Shown: piece after piece, positions 39,300 to 48,662 of the stretch
Numbering within the stretch: position 1 is the stretch's first letter
How the letters are laid out: each line of letters starts with the position of its first letter
DNA from: an uncultured Actinomycetes bacterium
Lineage (GTDB): Bacteria; Actinomycetota; Thermoleophilia; RBG-16-64-13
Assembly: GCA_963841735.1 (NCBI GenBank)
Contig: CAWJDT010000001.1
Coordinates: 1,708,514 to 1,772,513 of the forward strand
DNA length: 64,000 nt
Direction of reading: 5' to 3'
The notes under the pieces: generated by a model
The model's database searches: none
What the model saw: the letters and a program-made list of their open reading frames with translations, nothing else
What the model was told of the DNA's origin: nothing
Made by a program: the position numbers and the translations under genes

Positions 39300-42200
39300 A
39301 TGAGACGACGGAGATCAGCGGCGGTGCTTGTTGCGGCGTCGCTCTTGGTGGCGCTGATGGTGGCAATGTCTGCGGCGCTTGCCGCGGCGGGCCCGGCAGC
39401 TTGGCCGGACGGCACTGCATCAGGCGGGGCGGTCGGGGTGACGATCGAGGGTTTCAGCGCTCAGGCACAGGAAGAGATGACGCAGATCCTCCAACAGAAG
39501 CTGAGCTTGACGCAGGCCCAGAAGAAGATCGACACCAGCATCCTGAGCGTGGTGTGGCAGGCGCAGGCTCGGATGACGGGACCATCGGCAGCGCAGGCAG
39601 CGCAGACAGCGCACCTCAGTGACCTGTCGACCTCATTGGCCCGCATCGATGACGCGGGCCGCGTGGCCGTCAAGCTGAGCGTGCCCGGCATAAGCGCCGG
39701 CCAACGCCAGGAGCTTGAAGCACTGGGCCTGGAAGCCAGCGTGAGCCTACCCGAATACGGGATCCTCGAAGGAACGGTGCCTTGGGACCGGGTGGAGGCG
39801 GTAGCTGCGCTTGACTTCGTGCGAAGCGTGCGAGCGCCGGGCTACGCTGTTCCCAACGCCGGGGAGGTCACCTCAGCCGGCGACGCCGTGCTCAGGGCGG
39901 CAGAGGCTAGGTCGGCTTTCGCTGTCGACGGCAGCGGTGTGGAAGTCGGGGTTATCTCCGATGGAGTGAGCCATCTCTCGGCCTCCCAGGCCTCCGGCGA
40001 TCTCCCCTCGGTGGACGTTCTGGAGGTGGGAGATGGAGATGAGGGGACCGCGATGCTTGAGATCGTCCACGATCTTGCTCCGGGCTCGGCGTTGGCCTTC
40101 TACAGTCCCTACACGAGCTCGGACATGGCCGCTGGGATCGGCGCACTGGGAAGCGCTGGTTGCGACGTCGTGGTCGACGACCTGACGTTCTTTGACGAAC
40201 CGAAGTTCGAGGACGGGCCGATCGCTTTGGCGGCCCGGGCGTTCGTCTTGGACGGCGGGGTGTACGCTACCTCGGCCGGCAACAGTGCGGACCGACACTA
40301 CCGGCATACATACGTGCCGAACGGAGAAACGTTCCCAGGGCCATATCGTGCCTGGCACGACTACGCCGAGGGTCCGTCCGTGGACCTGGGGAACACCTTC
40401 ACCGTACCGGTCGGCGGGACTCTGATCGCGGTGCTGCAATGGAACAACGAGTGGGGAAGTGCCGGGGACGACTTCGATCTATGGTTGCAGGGCGACTCCG
40501 GCGCCTTGGCGGCCGGCTGGGATACGCAGGATGGTGACGACGCACCAATCGAAGGGCTGGAGTGGACGAACAACACTACAAGCAGCGTCTCGGTATATCT
40601 GGCTGTGGGCGAAAGCTCGCTTGTCAGCGAGCCTTCGTCGCTCGTTCTGGACTACAGCGTCTACTGCCACTTCTCTCTTTCGGGGATTCAGTACGACACG
40701 CCGGACAACAGTGTGATCGGGCATGCGGCAGTCGAAGAAGTCCTCTGTACAGCGGCGGCTCGGGCCAGCACTCCCGATACCATAGAGTATTTCAGCTCCT
40801 GGGGCCCCGGAACGATCTTCTACCCGAGCCTCCAGGATCGGCAAGTGCCCAACATCACGGCTGTCGATGGTGTCCAGACCAAGACCGGCCAACTTGGATA
40901 CTTCCTCGACCCCTTCTACGGCACGTCAGCGGCGGCCCCACACGTGGCGGCCATAGCCGCGTTGGTCTGGGATGCCGACCCGACTCTGACGTCCAAAGAG
41001 GTCTTCGACGTCCTCACCTCCACGGCGGTGGATCTGGAGACACCCGGCTGGGATGTCACCTCCGGGTACGGACGTGTTGACGCCTACAAGGCGGTCGGCT
41101 CGGTGCTTGGACTTCCCACCGTAGACAGCCTCGCCCCGGCCGGCGGTCCCGCCGGCGGGGGCACGTCGGTCGTCATCACGGGCACCAACTTCGTCGGGGT
41201 GAGCAATCCCAGCTACGTGACTTTCGGGGGCACTGACGCCACCGACTACACCGTCGACTCCGACACCCAGATCACCGCCACCGCTCCGGCACACGACGTC
41301 GGCACGGTGCAGGTGCAGGTGATCGCCGACGGAGGCACGACCGAGAACACAGCCGCCGACGACTACACCTATGTGGATGCTCCCAGCATTACCGAGCTCG
41401 CGCCGTCGGTGGGCCCGATGGCGGGAGGCCAGGATGTGACCATCACCGGAACGGACTTCATCGACGTGACGGGGGTCACCTTTGGGGGAACGAACGCCAT
41501 GTCCTACCATGTCGACTCCCCTACCCAGATAACCGCCAAGAGTTCGGATCATGCCCCCGGGACGAGAGACGTGCAGGTAACGGCCATTGGGGGTTCCTCG
41601 GACACCAGTGGCACCGCTGACGACTACACCTACGTCGGTCTGCCAACTATCACAGGTATTGCTCCCTCCGGCGGATCGTGCGCGGGGGGCACGTCGGTCG
41701 TCATCACGGGCACCAACTTCGTCGGGGTGAGCGATGCCAGCTACGTGACTTTCGGGGGTACTGACGCCACCGACTACACCGTCGACTCCGACACCCAGAT
41801 CACCGCCACCGCTCCGGCACACGACGCGGGCACGGTGCAGGTGCAGGTGACGGCCATTGGGGGTTCCTCGGACACCAGCGGCATCGACGACGACTACACG
41901 TATATCGGTGCACCCACGATCACCCGTGTTGCTCCCTCCACCGGACCGTGCACGGGGGGCACCGTGGTCGCCATCACCGGTACCGGCTTCATCGGGATAG
42001 CCGGCCCGGCGCTCGCCCCGGACGCGGTGACCTTCGGGGGCGTCAACGCCAGCACCTACACTGTCGACTCCGACACCCAGATAACCGCCACCGCTCCGGC
42101 ACACGACGCCGGCACGGTGCGGGTGCAGATCAGCGCCGTCGGTGGCACGAGCGTCGACGGCGCCACCGACGACTATCTCTACTATATCCACTACTCATCC

Positions 42201-43112
42201 ATCCGCGGCGATCACCGCTACCACACCGCCCAACTGATCAGCCAGGCGATGTTCCCGGAGGCTCTGCCGCCAGGGGCCGGGCTGGTGCTGGCCCCGGGGG
42301 AGACCTTCCAGGAAGCTCTGTGCGGTGCTCCTCTGGCCGCGGCTTGGGGCGGGCCGGTGCTGCTCACCTACCGGACCGCCCTCGACAACGGCACCAAAGC
42401 TGAGCTGCAGCGGTTGGCGCCCAGCCGTGTGTTCTGCGTCGGCATGTCAGTGGCGGTGGTGAACGCGGTCGCGGCCGCCCTTCCCGGCGCGACCGTCGAT
42501 GCTATCAACGGCGTTGGCGACAACGTCTACGACATGAGCTACCGGGTGGCCAAGGCCCTGCAGCAAAAAGTGGGCGACCTCACCGGAGCCACCGCCATCA
42601 TCACCATAGGCACCAACTTCCCCGACGCCCTGGGGGTCTCTCCGCTGGCCTGTGCCAAGCTATGGCCCATCCTGTTGACCGAACCCATCACCAAGCTCGT
42701 ACCTGAGCCGAAACTTAACCCCAAAGCCGGCCAGGCTCTATCTGAGCTAGGCATCACCCAGGTCATCAAGGTGGGCACCTATGTCACCACGCCGGCCAAC
42801 ATCAAGTACTACAACCTCTCCGGGGCCGATCGCTACTTCACCAACGCCAACGTAGCCAAATGGGCCCAGACCTATGCCGGGCTTACCTTCACCCACACCG
42901 GTATCGCCACCGGCGGGAAGTTTCCCGACGCTCTAGCCGCCGGACCATTTCTAGGCAAAGACGGTGGCGTTCTATTGCTGAGCCCCTTGAACGGGCCCCT
43001 GCCTCCGCCCATTAGCGCGCTGATAGCCGCCAATCGGGCCGAGGTGCGGGAGTTCTCCTTCATCGCCATGATCGAACCAGTGATAGGGGTGGTGAAGGCA
43101 CTGCTGCTGTAG
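39300..43112 (+). CDS. Secreted subtilase-fold (S8/S53-like) protease with 4 IPT/TIG domains and C-terminal cell-wall-binding repeat 2 (CWB2) domains
   Basis: Signal peptide, VGVISDG, DEGTAM.EI.HDLAP, SAGN, GTSAAAPH, (GGT.V.ITGT.F...V.FGG) x4, G.DRY.T / FPDAL / PILL motifs. Confidence 0.9.
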   Translation: MRRRRSAAVLVAASLLVALMVAMSAALAAAGPAAWPDGTASGGAVGVTIEGFSAQAQEEMTQILQQKLSLTQAQKKIDTSILSVVWQAQARMTGPSAAQAAQTAHLSDLSTSLARIDDAGRVAVKLSVPGISAGQRQELEALGLEASVSLPEYGILEGTVPWDRVEAVAALDFVRSVRAPGYAVPNAGEVTSAGDAVLRAAEARSAFAVDGSGVEVGVISDGVSHLSASQASGDLPSVDVLEVGDGDEGTAMLEIVHDLAPGSALAFYSPYTSSDMAAGIGALGSAGCDVVVDDLTFFDEPKFEDGPIALAARAFVLDGGVYATSAGNSADRHYRHTYVPNGETFPGPYRAWHDYAEGPSVDLGNTFTVPVGGTLIAVLQWNNEWGSAGDDFDLWLQGDSGALAAGWDTQDGDDAPIEGLEWTNNTTSSVSVYLAVGESSLVSEPSSLVLDYSVYCHFSLSGIQYDTPDNSVIGHAAVEEVLCTAAARASTPDTIEYFSSWGPGTIFYPSLQDRQVPNITAVDGVQTKTGQLGYFLDPFYGTSAAAPHVAAIAALVWDADPTLTSKEVFDVLTSTAVDLETPGWDVTSGYGRVDAYKAVGSVLGLPTVDSLAPAGGPAGGGTSVVITGTNFVGVSNPSYVTFGGTDATDYTVDSDTQITATAPAHDVGTVQVQVIADGGTTENTAADDYTYVDAPSITELAPSVGPMAGGQDVTITGTDFIDVTGVTFGGTNAMSYHVDSPTQITAKSSDHAPGTRDVQVTAIGGSSDTSGTADDYTYVGLPTITGIAPSGGSCAGGTSVVITGTNFVGVSDASYVTFGGTDATDYTVDSDTQITATAPAHDAGTVQVQVTAIGGSSDTSGIDDDYTYIGAPTITRVAPSTGPCTGGTVVAITGTGFIGIAGPALAPDAVTFGGVNASTYTVDSDTQITATAPAHDAGTVRVQISAVGGTSVDGATDDYLYYIHYSSIRGDHRYHTAQLISQAMFPEALPPGAGLVLAPGETFQEALCGAPLAAAWGGPVLLTYRTALDNGTKAELQRLAPSRVFCVGMSVAVVNAVAAALPGATVDAINGVGDNVYDMSYRVAKALQQKVGDLTGATAIITIGTNFPDALGVSPLACAKLWPILLTEPITKLVPEPKLNPKAGQALSELGITQVIKVGTYVTTPANIKYYNLSGADRYFTNANVAKWAQTYAGLTFTHTGIATGGKFPDALAAGPFLGKDGGVLLLSPLNGPLPPPISALIAANRAEVREFSFIAMIEPVIGVVKALLL
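41157..41850 (+). repeat. Near-identical ~165-bp intragenic duplication (IPT1 41157-41322 and IPT3 41685-41850)
   Basis: Direct sequence comparison. The copies are 528 bp apart. Confidence 0.85.
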
Positions 43113-43210
43113 ACCTCACATACTGTCTGCCTGGGGACCTGAACCCACCTTGACTGTGTCAACGGAACTGGGCGGCCGAATTTGCCGGAATGGGTAACAA
43201 GGAGGATCTC

Positions 43211-44011
43211 ATGTTGCATAAGGGTCGGGCTCGGGTGGTGCTGTCGACGATCGTCGTGGCGATGGTGCTGCTGACAGTGCCGGTGGTGTTCGCAGGGTGC
43301 GGGTCGTCGAGTACGCTCACGACGGCCGAAAAGGATTGGCTCGCGCAGAAGGGCACGCTGCAGGTCGGCGGCTTCACTGACTACCCACCCTACGGCTTCG
43401 TGGACGGCAGCGGTCAGGCCGTGGGCATCTCCGCGGACTACTGGAATCTTGTGGGGGAGCGTCTCGGTGTCAAGGTGACGTTCACGCCGGTGGTCTTCGC
43501 CGACCAGATCGAGGGGCTCAAGCAGGGGCGCTTCGACTCACTGCAGGGCATCTTCCCAGTGCCTGAACGCGAGCAGTGGTTCGCCTTCTCTGACAGCTTC
43601 TACGTTATCGACACACACATGTACGTCGATGCGGCGCATGCGGATGTCAAGACGCTCGATAACCTGAAGGGACTCAAAGTGGCGGTCGTGGATGGCGACT
43701 CCGGTCAGCTGCTTGCCGACGACGCGGGCCTGACGACTGTGGTGGTCGAGGGTTACCAGCAGGCGGTCGAAGCCGTCGCGTCGGGCGCGGCCCAGGCGAT
43801 GATCCTCGATGAGTTGGTGGCCGACTATTACATCAACAGCTTGAAGGTCTCCGACAAGGTGAAGATCGCCGGTGAGCCCGTGGCCAGCGGAAAAATGACC
43901 TTGGCGGTGGACAAAGACAACACCGTGCTGCTCGGCATCCTGAACAAGGGCATTGCCATGGTCAGCGCCGCCGAGGTGAAGGCCATCTCCGACAAGTGGC
44001 TGGGGCAGTAG
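43211..44011 (+). CDS. Amino-acid-binding (SBP family 3) lipoprotein, orphan
   Basis: Lipobox FAGC, YPPY.F.D..G...G...D, R.Q.F.FS..., L..L.G..VAV..G. No permease adjacent. Confidence 0.85.
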   Translation: MLHKGRARVVLSTIVVAMVLLTVPVVFAGCGSSSTLTTAEKDWLAQKGTLQVGGFTDYPPYGFVDGSGQAVGISADYWNLVGERLGVKVTFTPVVFADQIEGLKQGRFDSLQGIFPVPEREQWFAFSDSFYVIDTHMYVDAAHADVKTLDNLKGLKVAVVDGDSGQLLADDAGLTTVVVEGYQQAVEAVASGAAQAMILDELVADYYINSLKVSDKVKIAGEPVASGKMTLAVDKDNTVLLGILNKGIAMVSAAEVKAISDKWLGQ

Positions 44012-44072
44012 CAGGGAGCGGGTAGACGGCTGAAGAGGCCGGCAAGATCTAGCCCCGAAAGGCACACTTACA

Positions 44073-45131
44073 CTAGAGAGTCCCCAGCATGAACTGAACT
44101 ATGAGCGACACTGCTGCGACCGCGAACCAACAGGCCAAACCCAGGATGATCGGTCGCAGTCCGTTTGCGATGAGCCGTCTGAGCTTCGTGTTGAGCCCGA
44201 TGGCCGCCATGGCAGTCACGATGCCGAATTTGCCCACATCGGAGAGGTGTGCGCTGACGCCGACGCTGATGATGCCCGAGGTGCACACCAGCGAGGCGGC
44301 AAGGAACCCGAGGACGAACCAGGGGAAGATCCTCTTGAGTGAGTAGCTTGATCGAACTCCCTCGGCGGCGGCCTCGCGCCGGCTCGCGCGCGCCATCCAA
44401 AACGCAAGTCCGAGCGTCACCGGAATGATCATGAGAGTGCGGGTGAGTTTCACGATGGTTGCAGACTGGCCGGCGGCGTCGGAAAACGCGAAGCCGGCGG
44501 CGACAACCGATGACGTGTCGTTGATGGCAGTCCCAGCCCACATCCCGAACCCTGCGTCTGTCATGCCGAGCAGATGTCCCAGGCTGGGGAACATGAAGAC
44601 GGCGAGGATGTTGAAGAGGAAGATCGTGGAGATGGAGCAACTGATCTCTTGACCGTCCGCGTCAATGACCGGCGCCGCCGCCGCGATAGCCGAGCCTCCG
44701 CAGATGGCAGTGCCCACGCCGATGAGAACCTTGGCGTTCCGGTTCACCCCGAGTGCTCGTCCTGCCAGGGCCGCGACGAGGAAGGCGGCTGCCAAGGTGA
44801 AGACCATCACCAGGAGCGACTGACTTCCCACCCGGAGCACCACGCCCAAATTGAGCGCGAAACCGAGGAACACGATCGAGTACTGAAGGACCTTCTTCCC
44901 ACAGAAGGCGATACCGCTGTCGAAGACCGCGGGGCGTTTCACAGACGCGACGACGATGCCGATTAGTATGGCGAAGACAGGACCTCCGACCACCGGGACC
45001 GCCCTGCCCGCGAACCAGGAGGGTATGGCTATGACCAGCGCGAGGCCAACGCCATAGAGCACAACGTAGACGGGCGGCTTCTTTGTCTCGGGGAAGGAGG
45101 CGGCCGGTCGTGGTGGTTCCGTAGAGGACAT
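44073..45131 (-). CDS. YeiH family (putative sulfate exporter) membrane protein
   Basis: GTAICGGSAIAA..P, FG.WAGTAIND.SSV.AA, VKLTR.L. Confidence 0.9.
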   Translation of the reverse strand: MSSTEPPRPAASFPETKKPPVYVVLYGVGLALVIAIPSWFAGRAVPVVGGPVFAILIGIVVASVKRPAVFDSGIAFCGKKVLQYSIVFLGFALNLGVVLRVGSQSLLVMVFTLAAAFLVAALAGRALGVNRNAKVLIGVGTAICGGSAIAAAAPVIDADGQEISCSISTIFLFNILAVFMFPSLGHLLGMTDAGFGMWAGTAINDTSSVVAAGFAFSDAAGQSATIVKLTRTLMIIPVTLGLAFWMARASRREAAAEGVRSSYSLKRIFPWFVLGFLAASLVCTSGIISVGVSAHLSDVGKFGIVTAMAAIGLNTKLRRLIANGLRPIILGLACWFAVAAVSLIVQFMLGTL

Positions 45132-45344
45132 GACAGCAGTCTAGCTGATAGTGGCGTTTCTGGAATCCCGAAGCAGCGGTCGAACTGATTCATGCAAGCG
45201 CAGGCCCCACTCAGCCGTCCGAATGCACGATCAGACGCCGCCTTGCCGCGTGGGTCTTCTTGCGACGATTGACCCCAGCGGTAGTTCGCCTATACTTTTG
45301 CCGAAGGGAATCAAGTGAGCGCCCCGAGATCGAAGGAGAGAGAC

Positions 45345-46181
45345 ATGCGAGGGCACGAGATCCCGTTCCGGTATGTGATCGCAGCAGCACTCCTCCTACC
45401 CGGTCTTATGCTCGCAGGCTGCCAGAAGTTGCAGGAGACGGGACAGACGGGACAGACTGGCACGACGGCAGTCTCCTCGGAGAGCGCGTCAGTGTCGTCA
45501 GGCTCAACCACGACGGTCACAGAGGTTACATCCACACTCTCCAGCTCATCGTCGAGCACCACGGTGCGTTCGACGACTACCACCGCGAAGGCCCCCGCTC
45601 CCACTGTGGCGAAGAAGGCTCCCACTATCACCAAGTTGAATCCCTCTTGGGCAGCTCTCGACGCTCAAGGAGCAGAGGTCGTAGTTACCGGCACGGGGTT
45701 CACCGGGGTCGTCGCCGTCACCTTCGGGGGCATACCGGCCATGGATTTCCGCTTCGATTCCGACACGCAGATCACCGCGCATGCTCCCGTGCACAGCGAG
45801 AGCACGGTGAACGTGCAGGTGACCACGTCCGCAGGCAAGAGCGCAGACACCTTGGCAGACGACTTCATGTTCGTAGACACGAGTTCGAACGCTCCTGCCA
45901 TCATCCCGGGGGTGATAATGGGAAACACTCCCACGATCACCAACTTGATCCCCAAATCTGGTCCGAGAGCGGGGAACTTCTATATACTCATCGTGGGCAC
46001 CGGGTTCACCGGGGTCACGGATGTGACCATCGCGGGCGGCTCCGTGACCTACCATGTCCTATCCGATACCGAGATCTACGCACTGGCTCCCCCCTGGCCG
46101 GGCGGAGTCGTGGACGTGCAGGTGACGGCGGGCGGAGTCAAGACCGCGCCCGGGCCCGAGGCGTCCTTGACCTACTTCTGA
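45345..46181 (+). CDS. Lipoprotein with Ser/Thr linker and two IPT/TIG domains
   Basis: Lipobox LAGC, V.TGTGFTGV..VTFGG, SDTQITA. Confidence 0.8.
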   Translation: MRGHEIPFRYVIAAALLLPGLMLAGCQKLQETGQTGQTGTTAVSSESASVSSGSTTTVTEVTSTLSSSSSSTTVRSTTTTAKAPAPTVAKKAPTITKLNPSWAALDAQGAEVVVTGTGFTGVVAVTFGGIPAMDFRFDSDTQITAHAPVHSESTVNVQVTTSAGKSADTLADDFMFVDTSSNAPAIIPGVIMGNTPTITNLIPKSGPRAGNFYILIVGTGFTGVTDVTIAGGSVTYHVLSDTEIYALAPPWPGGVVDVQVTAGGVKTAPGPEASLTYF

Positions 46182-46269
46182 CCTACTCCGTCCGTCATGG
46201 GTGTGAGCTTGACTCTTAACTTCCGCGAGCCCTGAGCTACCCCGCACGCGGCGTCCAGCCGGCGTGGAC

Positions 46270-46362
46270 TCAGGCCTTGGGCTCTTTGGGCTTCTTAGGC
46301 TTCTTAGGCGCCTTAGGTTTCTTGGATTCCTTGTTGGGCTTCTTGTCGCGTTGGAGTTCCAT
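46270..46362 (-). CDS. 30-aa Lys/Pro-rich basic micro-protein (not in ORF track)
   Basis: ATG at 46362 gives MELQRDKKPNKESKKPKAPKKPKKPKEPKA*, with GGAG 7 nt upstream. Confidence 0.55.
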   Translation of the reverse strand: MELQRDKKPNKESKKPKAPKKPKKPKEPKA

Positions 46363-46612
46363 GGTGTGCTCCGCTCTTGTTCTAGATGCGTTGTATCAGG
46401 TCGTGAGAGTACAGCAACCCTGGTGAGATTCAAGGGTTTTCGGTCCGGCGGCGCAGGTGCGTGTGCGGGGTGCGCTTTCTTTCATCTGCCACCCCCGCCG
46501 GTCTGACCTGCGTCGCCGGAGCTATCGCCCTTGAGGAATCCCTCGTGCGCGATGAGCGCACAACAACGGTTATGTTATGAGCTCGTCCTGAACCCTCGTC
46601 AAGCCTTCAGTG

Positions 46613-47332
46613 TCAGTTCACACCGAAGGGCGGGTACTCGTCGCGCAGGCCGTACATGAAGGCGCTGACGCGCATGTTCCAGCGGTTCACGCGCACCAGA
46701 TAGTTGTGCATACGCGGCGGGAACTTGCCGGTGAACAGAACCGCCCATTGGCTCACATACCACACGCATGCCGCCCCGATCATCCTGAAGTACATCACGA
46801 AGATCACCGGGATAAGGGCAAAATACTTGATATACAGAAGGGTCATGATGGCCCAACCGCGTGAGCTCTTCTCCGGATAGGGCACCACCAGAGTAACCGC
46901 CGAGCGTTCGTTGTCGGCCGAGAAGGGCGGGAATTCGTCGCGCAGGCCCATTTCGAAGGCGGTGATGCGTGCCTGCCAGTACATCACTCTGACCATGAAC
47001 GCGTGCCATCCCCGCGGGAACCTGCCGGTAAAGAGCACGGCAAACTGACCGAGCACGAAGAGCACCCCGACACCGATCTGGTAGATGTACAAGACGATGA
47101 ACTGCACAAACAGCGTTATGAACTTGATGGGGATGATTGTGGAGAACAGCGCCCACATCCGCGAGCTCGTCTCCGGGCGCTCTATCTGCAGGTCGACCGG
47201 GTGGGTGTTGTACGCCGCGGAGGGCGGGGGAGTGTAGGCCGGGGGCGCCTCCTGAGCGGTCTGCTGCCCGCAACTGGCGCAGAACGTCTGACCTTCAACC
47301 AGTGTGTTGCCACATTTGCTGCAGAATGCCAT
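46613..47332 (-). CDS. Zinc-ribbon + tandem DUF4389 membrane protein
   Basis: FCSKCG...FCASCG, and twice SR...(W/F)AVLFTG.FP....(R/Y)W..R..A...GLRDE.PPF. Confidence 0.85.
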   Translation of the reverse strand: MAFCSKCGNTLVEGQTFCASCGQQTAQEAPPAYTPPPSAAYNTHPVDLQIERPETSSRMWALFSTIIPIKFITLFVQFIVLYIYQIGVGVLFVLGQFAVLFTGRFPRGWHAFMVRVMYWQARITAFEMGLRDEFPPFSADNERSAVTLVVPYPEKSSRGWAIMTLLYIKYFALIPVIFVMYFRMIGAACVWYVSQWAVLFTGKFPPRMHNYLVRVNRWNMRVSAFMYGLRDEYPPFGVN

Positions 47333-47548
47333 GCCGCTCTCCTTGCTAGGTGGTGGACTGCAAGAACTTGAGGTGCCTAGGAGCCGGGGCCTTTCCCAAG
47401 CGTTACCCGAGCGAATGCTATCACAACGCCTAAAATGGCCATTCACCTCCCATAGCGGGATCCGCGGCTGCGGCGCGTTGACTCAACCGATGCAGGTGAC
47501 CGGCGAGCTATTCCGTTCAGGTTTGGTTAAGGAAGGAAGCGGTATAGT

Positions 47549-47707
47549 AAAAACAGAGTCCTGAGAGTTCAGACGCGGCATCTGAGGAACTTACAAAGGG
47601 GCCCGCTGAGGAAATGCGGAGGCAAATGGCCGCAGAGTACAGCGAAGCGGGAACGAAGTAGGGGCTGATGAAGGATGCAAAGCGAGTTCACTCAGGGCTC
47701 TGTTTTT
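47549..47707 (+). ncRNA. Rod-like structured RNA candidate (6S-RNA-like) or palindromic MITE
   Basis: TATAGT -10 at 47543-47548, closing stem AAAAACAGAGTCCTGAG/CTCAGGGCTCTGTTTTT, nested stems separated by purine-rich internal loops, U-rich tail. Confidence 0.5.
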
Positions 47708-47771
47708 GTTTCTGCCGAGGTCTCGCCGCCGTTGGGCGCTGTCCGCTTCGACGTGTAATCTTCTGGGCGGC

Positions 47772-48218
47772 CTAGTTGCCCAGTCTCTCCCCGAACGTCC
47801 GTCCATAGTCGTGGCAGGCTCGCATGCCCTCGTCGGTGCCCACTCGGTCCTCCAAGAGATTGAACGAGCCAAGGTTGAAGGGCTCCATGCGGTAGACATG
47901 CTCCATGGTGTCGAAGATCATGGCCGGAGCATCACCGCTGTGGGTGTAGGAGCCAAAGGCCCCGCCTAGTTTGCCCTTCAGATCGGCCTGCTTTGCCATG
48001 AAGAGAAAGTTCTTCATAGGCCCGGCGATGTCTCGGTGATAGGTGGGTGACCCGAAGATGTACCCGTCATAGCCGGCCAGATCATCGAGCTCCTTGAGTT
48101 CCGAAACCTTCTTGGCGACAGCTTCGTGACCGGCGAAACGTACACCTTCGGCGATGTAGTCGGCCATCCGCTGAGTTTTTCCGGTCAACGAGACGTAGGC
48201 GACAAGGACCTTCTTCAC
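47772..48218 (-). CDS. Flavodoxin-domain protein
   Basis: Y.S.TG.T..MA FMN loop, GSPTY, AFGSY..SG.A. Confidence 0.88.
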   Translation of the reverse strand: MKKVLVAYVSLTGKTQRMADYIAEGVRFAGHEAVAKKVSELKELDDLAGYDGYIFGSPTYHRDIAGPMKNFLFMAKQADLKGKLGGAFGSYTHSGDAPAMIFDTMEHVYRMEPFNLGSFNLLEDRVGTDEGMRACHDYGRTFGERLGN

Positions 48219-48440
48219 TTCGCTCCTCCCTCGGGGCTGAGACTACGGTCGAGCGACACTGGAATACTCGAGCGCTGTCAGGTTCTCGTCCGCCATCGTG
48301 AATCCAACGACGATATTCATACCCGCTCCCGTCCGTTTCAACACGCTTTCTTGCGGGTAGCCACAAAGTATAGGCGTGCAGTATTGGGATCATCTACCTG
48401 GACTGCGCCATACGTGGTGGCGTTGAAGGAGGCCGGCAGA

Positions 48441-48662
48441 GTGGCAGAGATCAAACTGGATGTGCGCGGTGAGACCTGCCCCGTGCCCCTGGTGGAGGTG
48501 AGGAAGGCCCTCCGGCGGGCGGCCCCGGGTGACGTGGTCGAAGTGGTGGGCACGCATCCATCGTCTAAGAAGGAGATCCCGCTGGCGGTGAAGGCTCTCA
48601 AGCTAGAGCTTCTTAGCACTGAGGAGGAAGGTGCCACGTGGAAGATCAGGATTCAGCGGTGA
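48441..48662 (+). CDS. TusA/SirA family sulfur carrier
   Basis: AGGAGG RBS, LDVRGETCPVP (CPxP motif), 73 aa. Confidence 0.9.
   Translation: MAEIKLDVRGETCPVPLVEVRKALRRAAPGDVVEVVGTHPSSKKEIPLAVKALKLELLSTEEEGATWKIRIQR

Noticed and set aside
41157-41850. Near-identical repeats as a diversity-generating retroelement TR/VR pair
   Set aside because: Both copies are in-frame IPT domains, the differences are not adenine-specific, and there is no reverse transcriptase.
43120-43200. Small hairpins upstream of the amino-acid-binding protein as a riboswitch
   Set aside because: I could not match SAM, T-box, glycine or lysine consensus elements by eye. An Rfam scan would settle it.
47515-47545. TCAGG...GGAAGGAAGCGG resembling SRP RNA helix 8
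   Set aside because: Extra bases break the CAGGUCC-GGAA-GGAAGCAG stem and the flanking helix is missing. It is better read as a promoter spacer.
47580-47680. CTGA / CTGATGA as a box C/D kink-turn in the rod RNA
   Set aside because: The canonical stem adjacent to the bulge does not pair (G-G oppositions).
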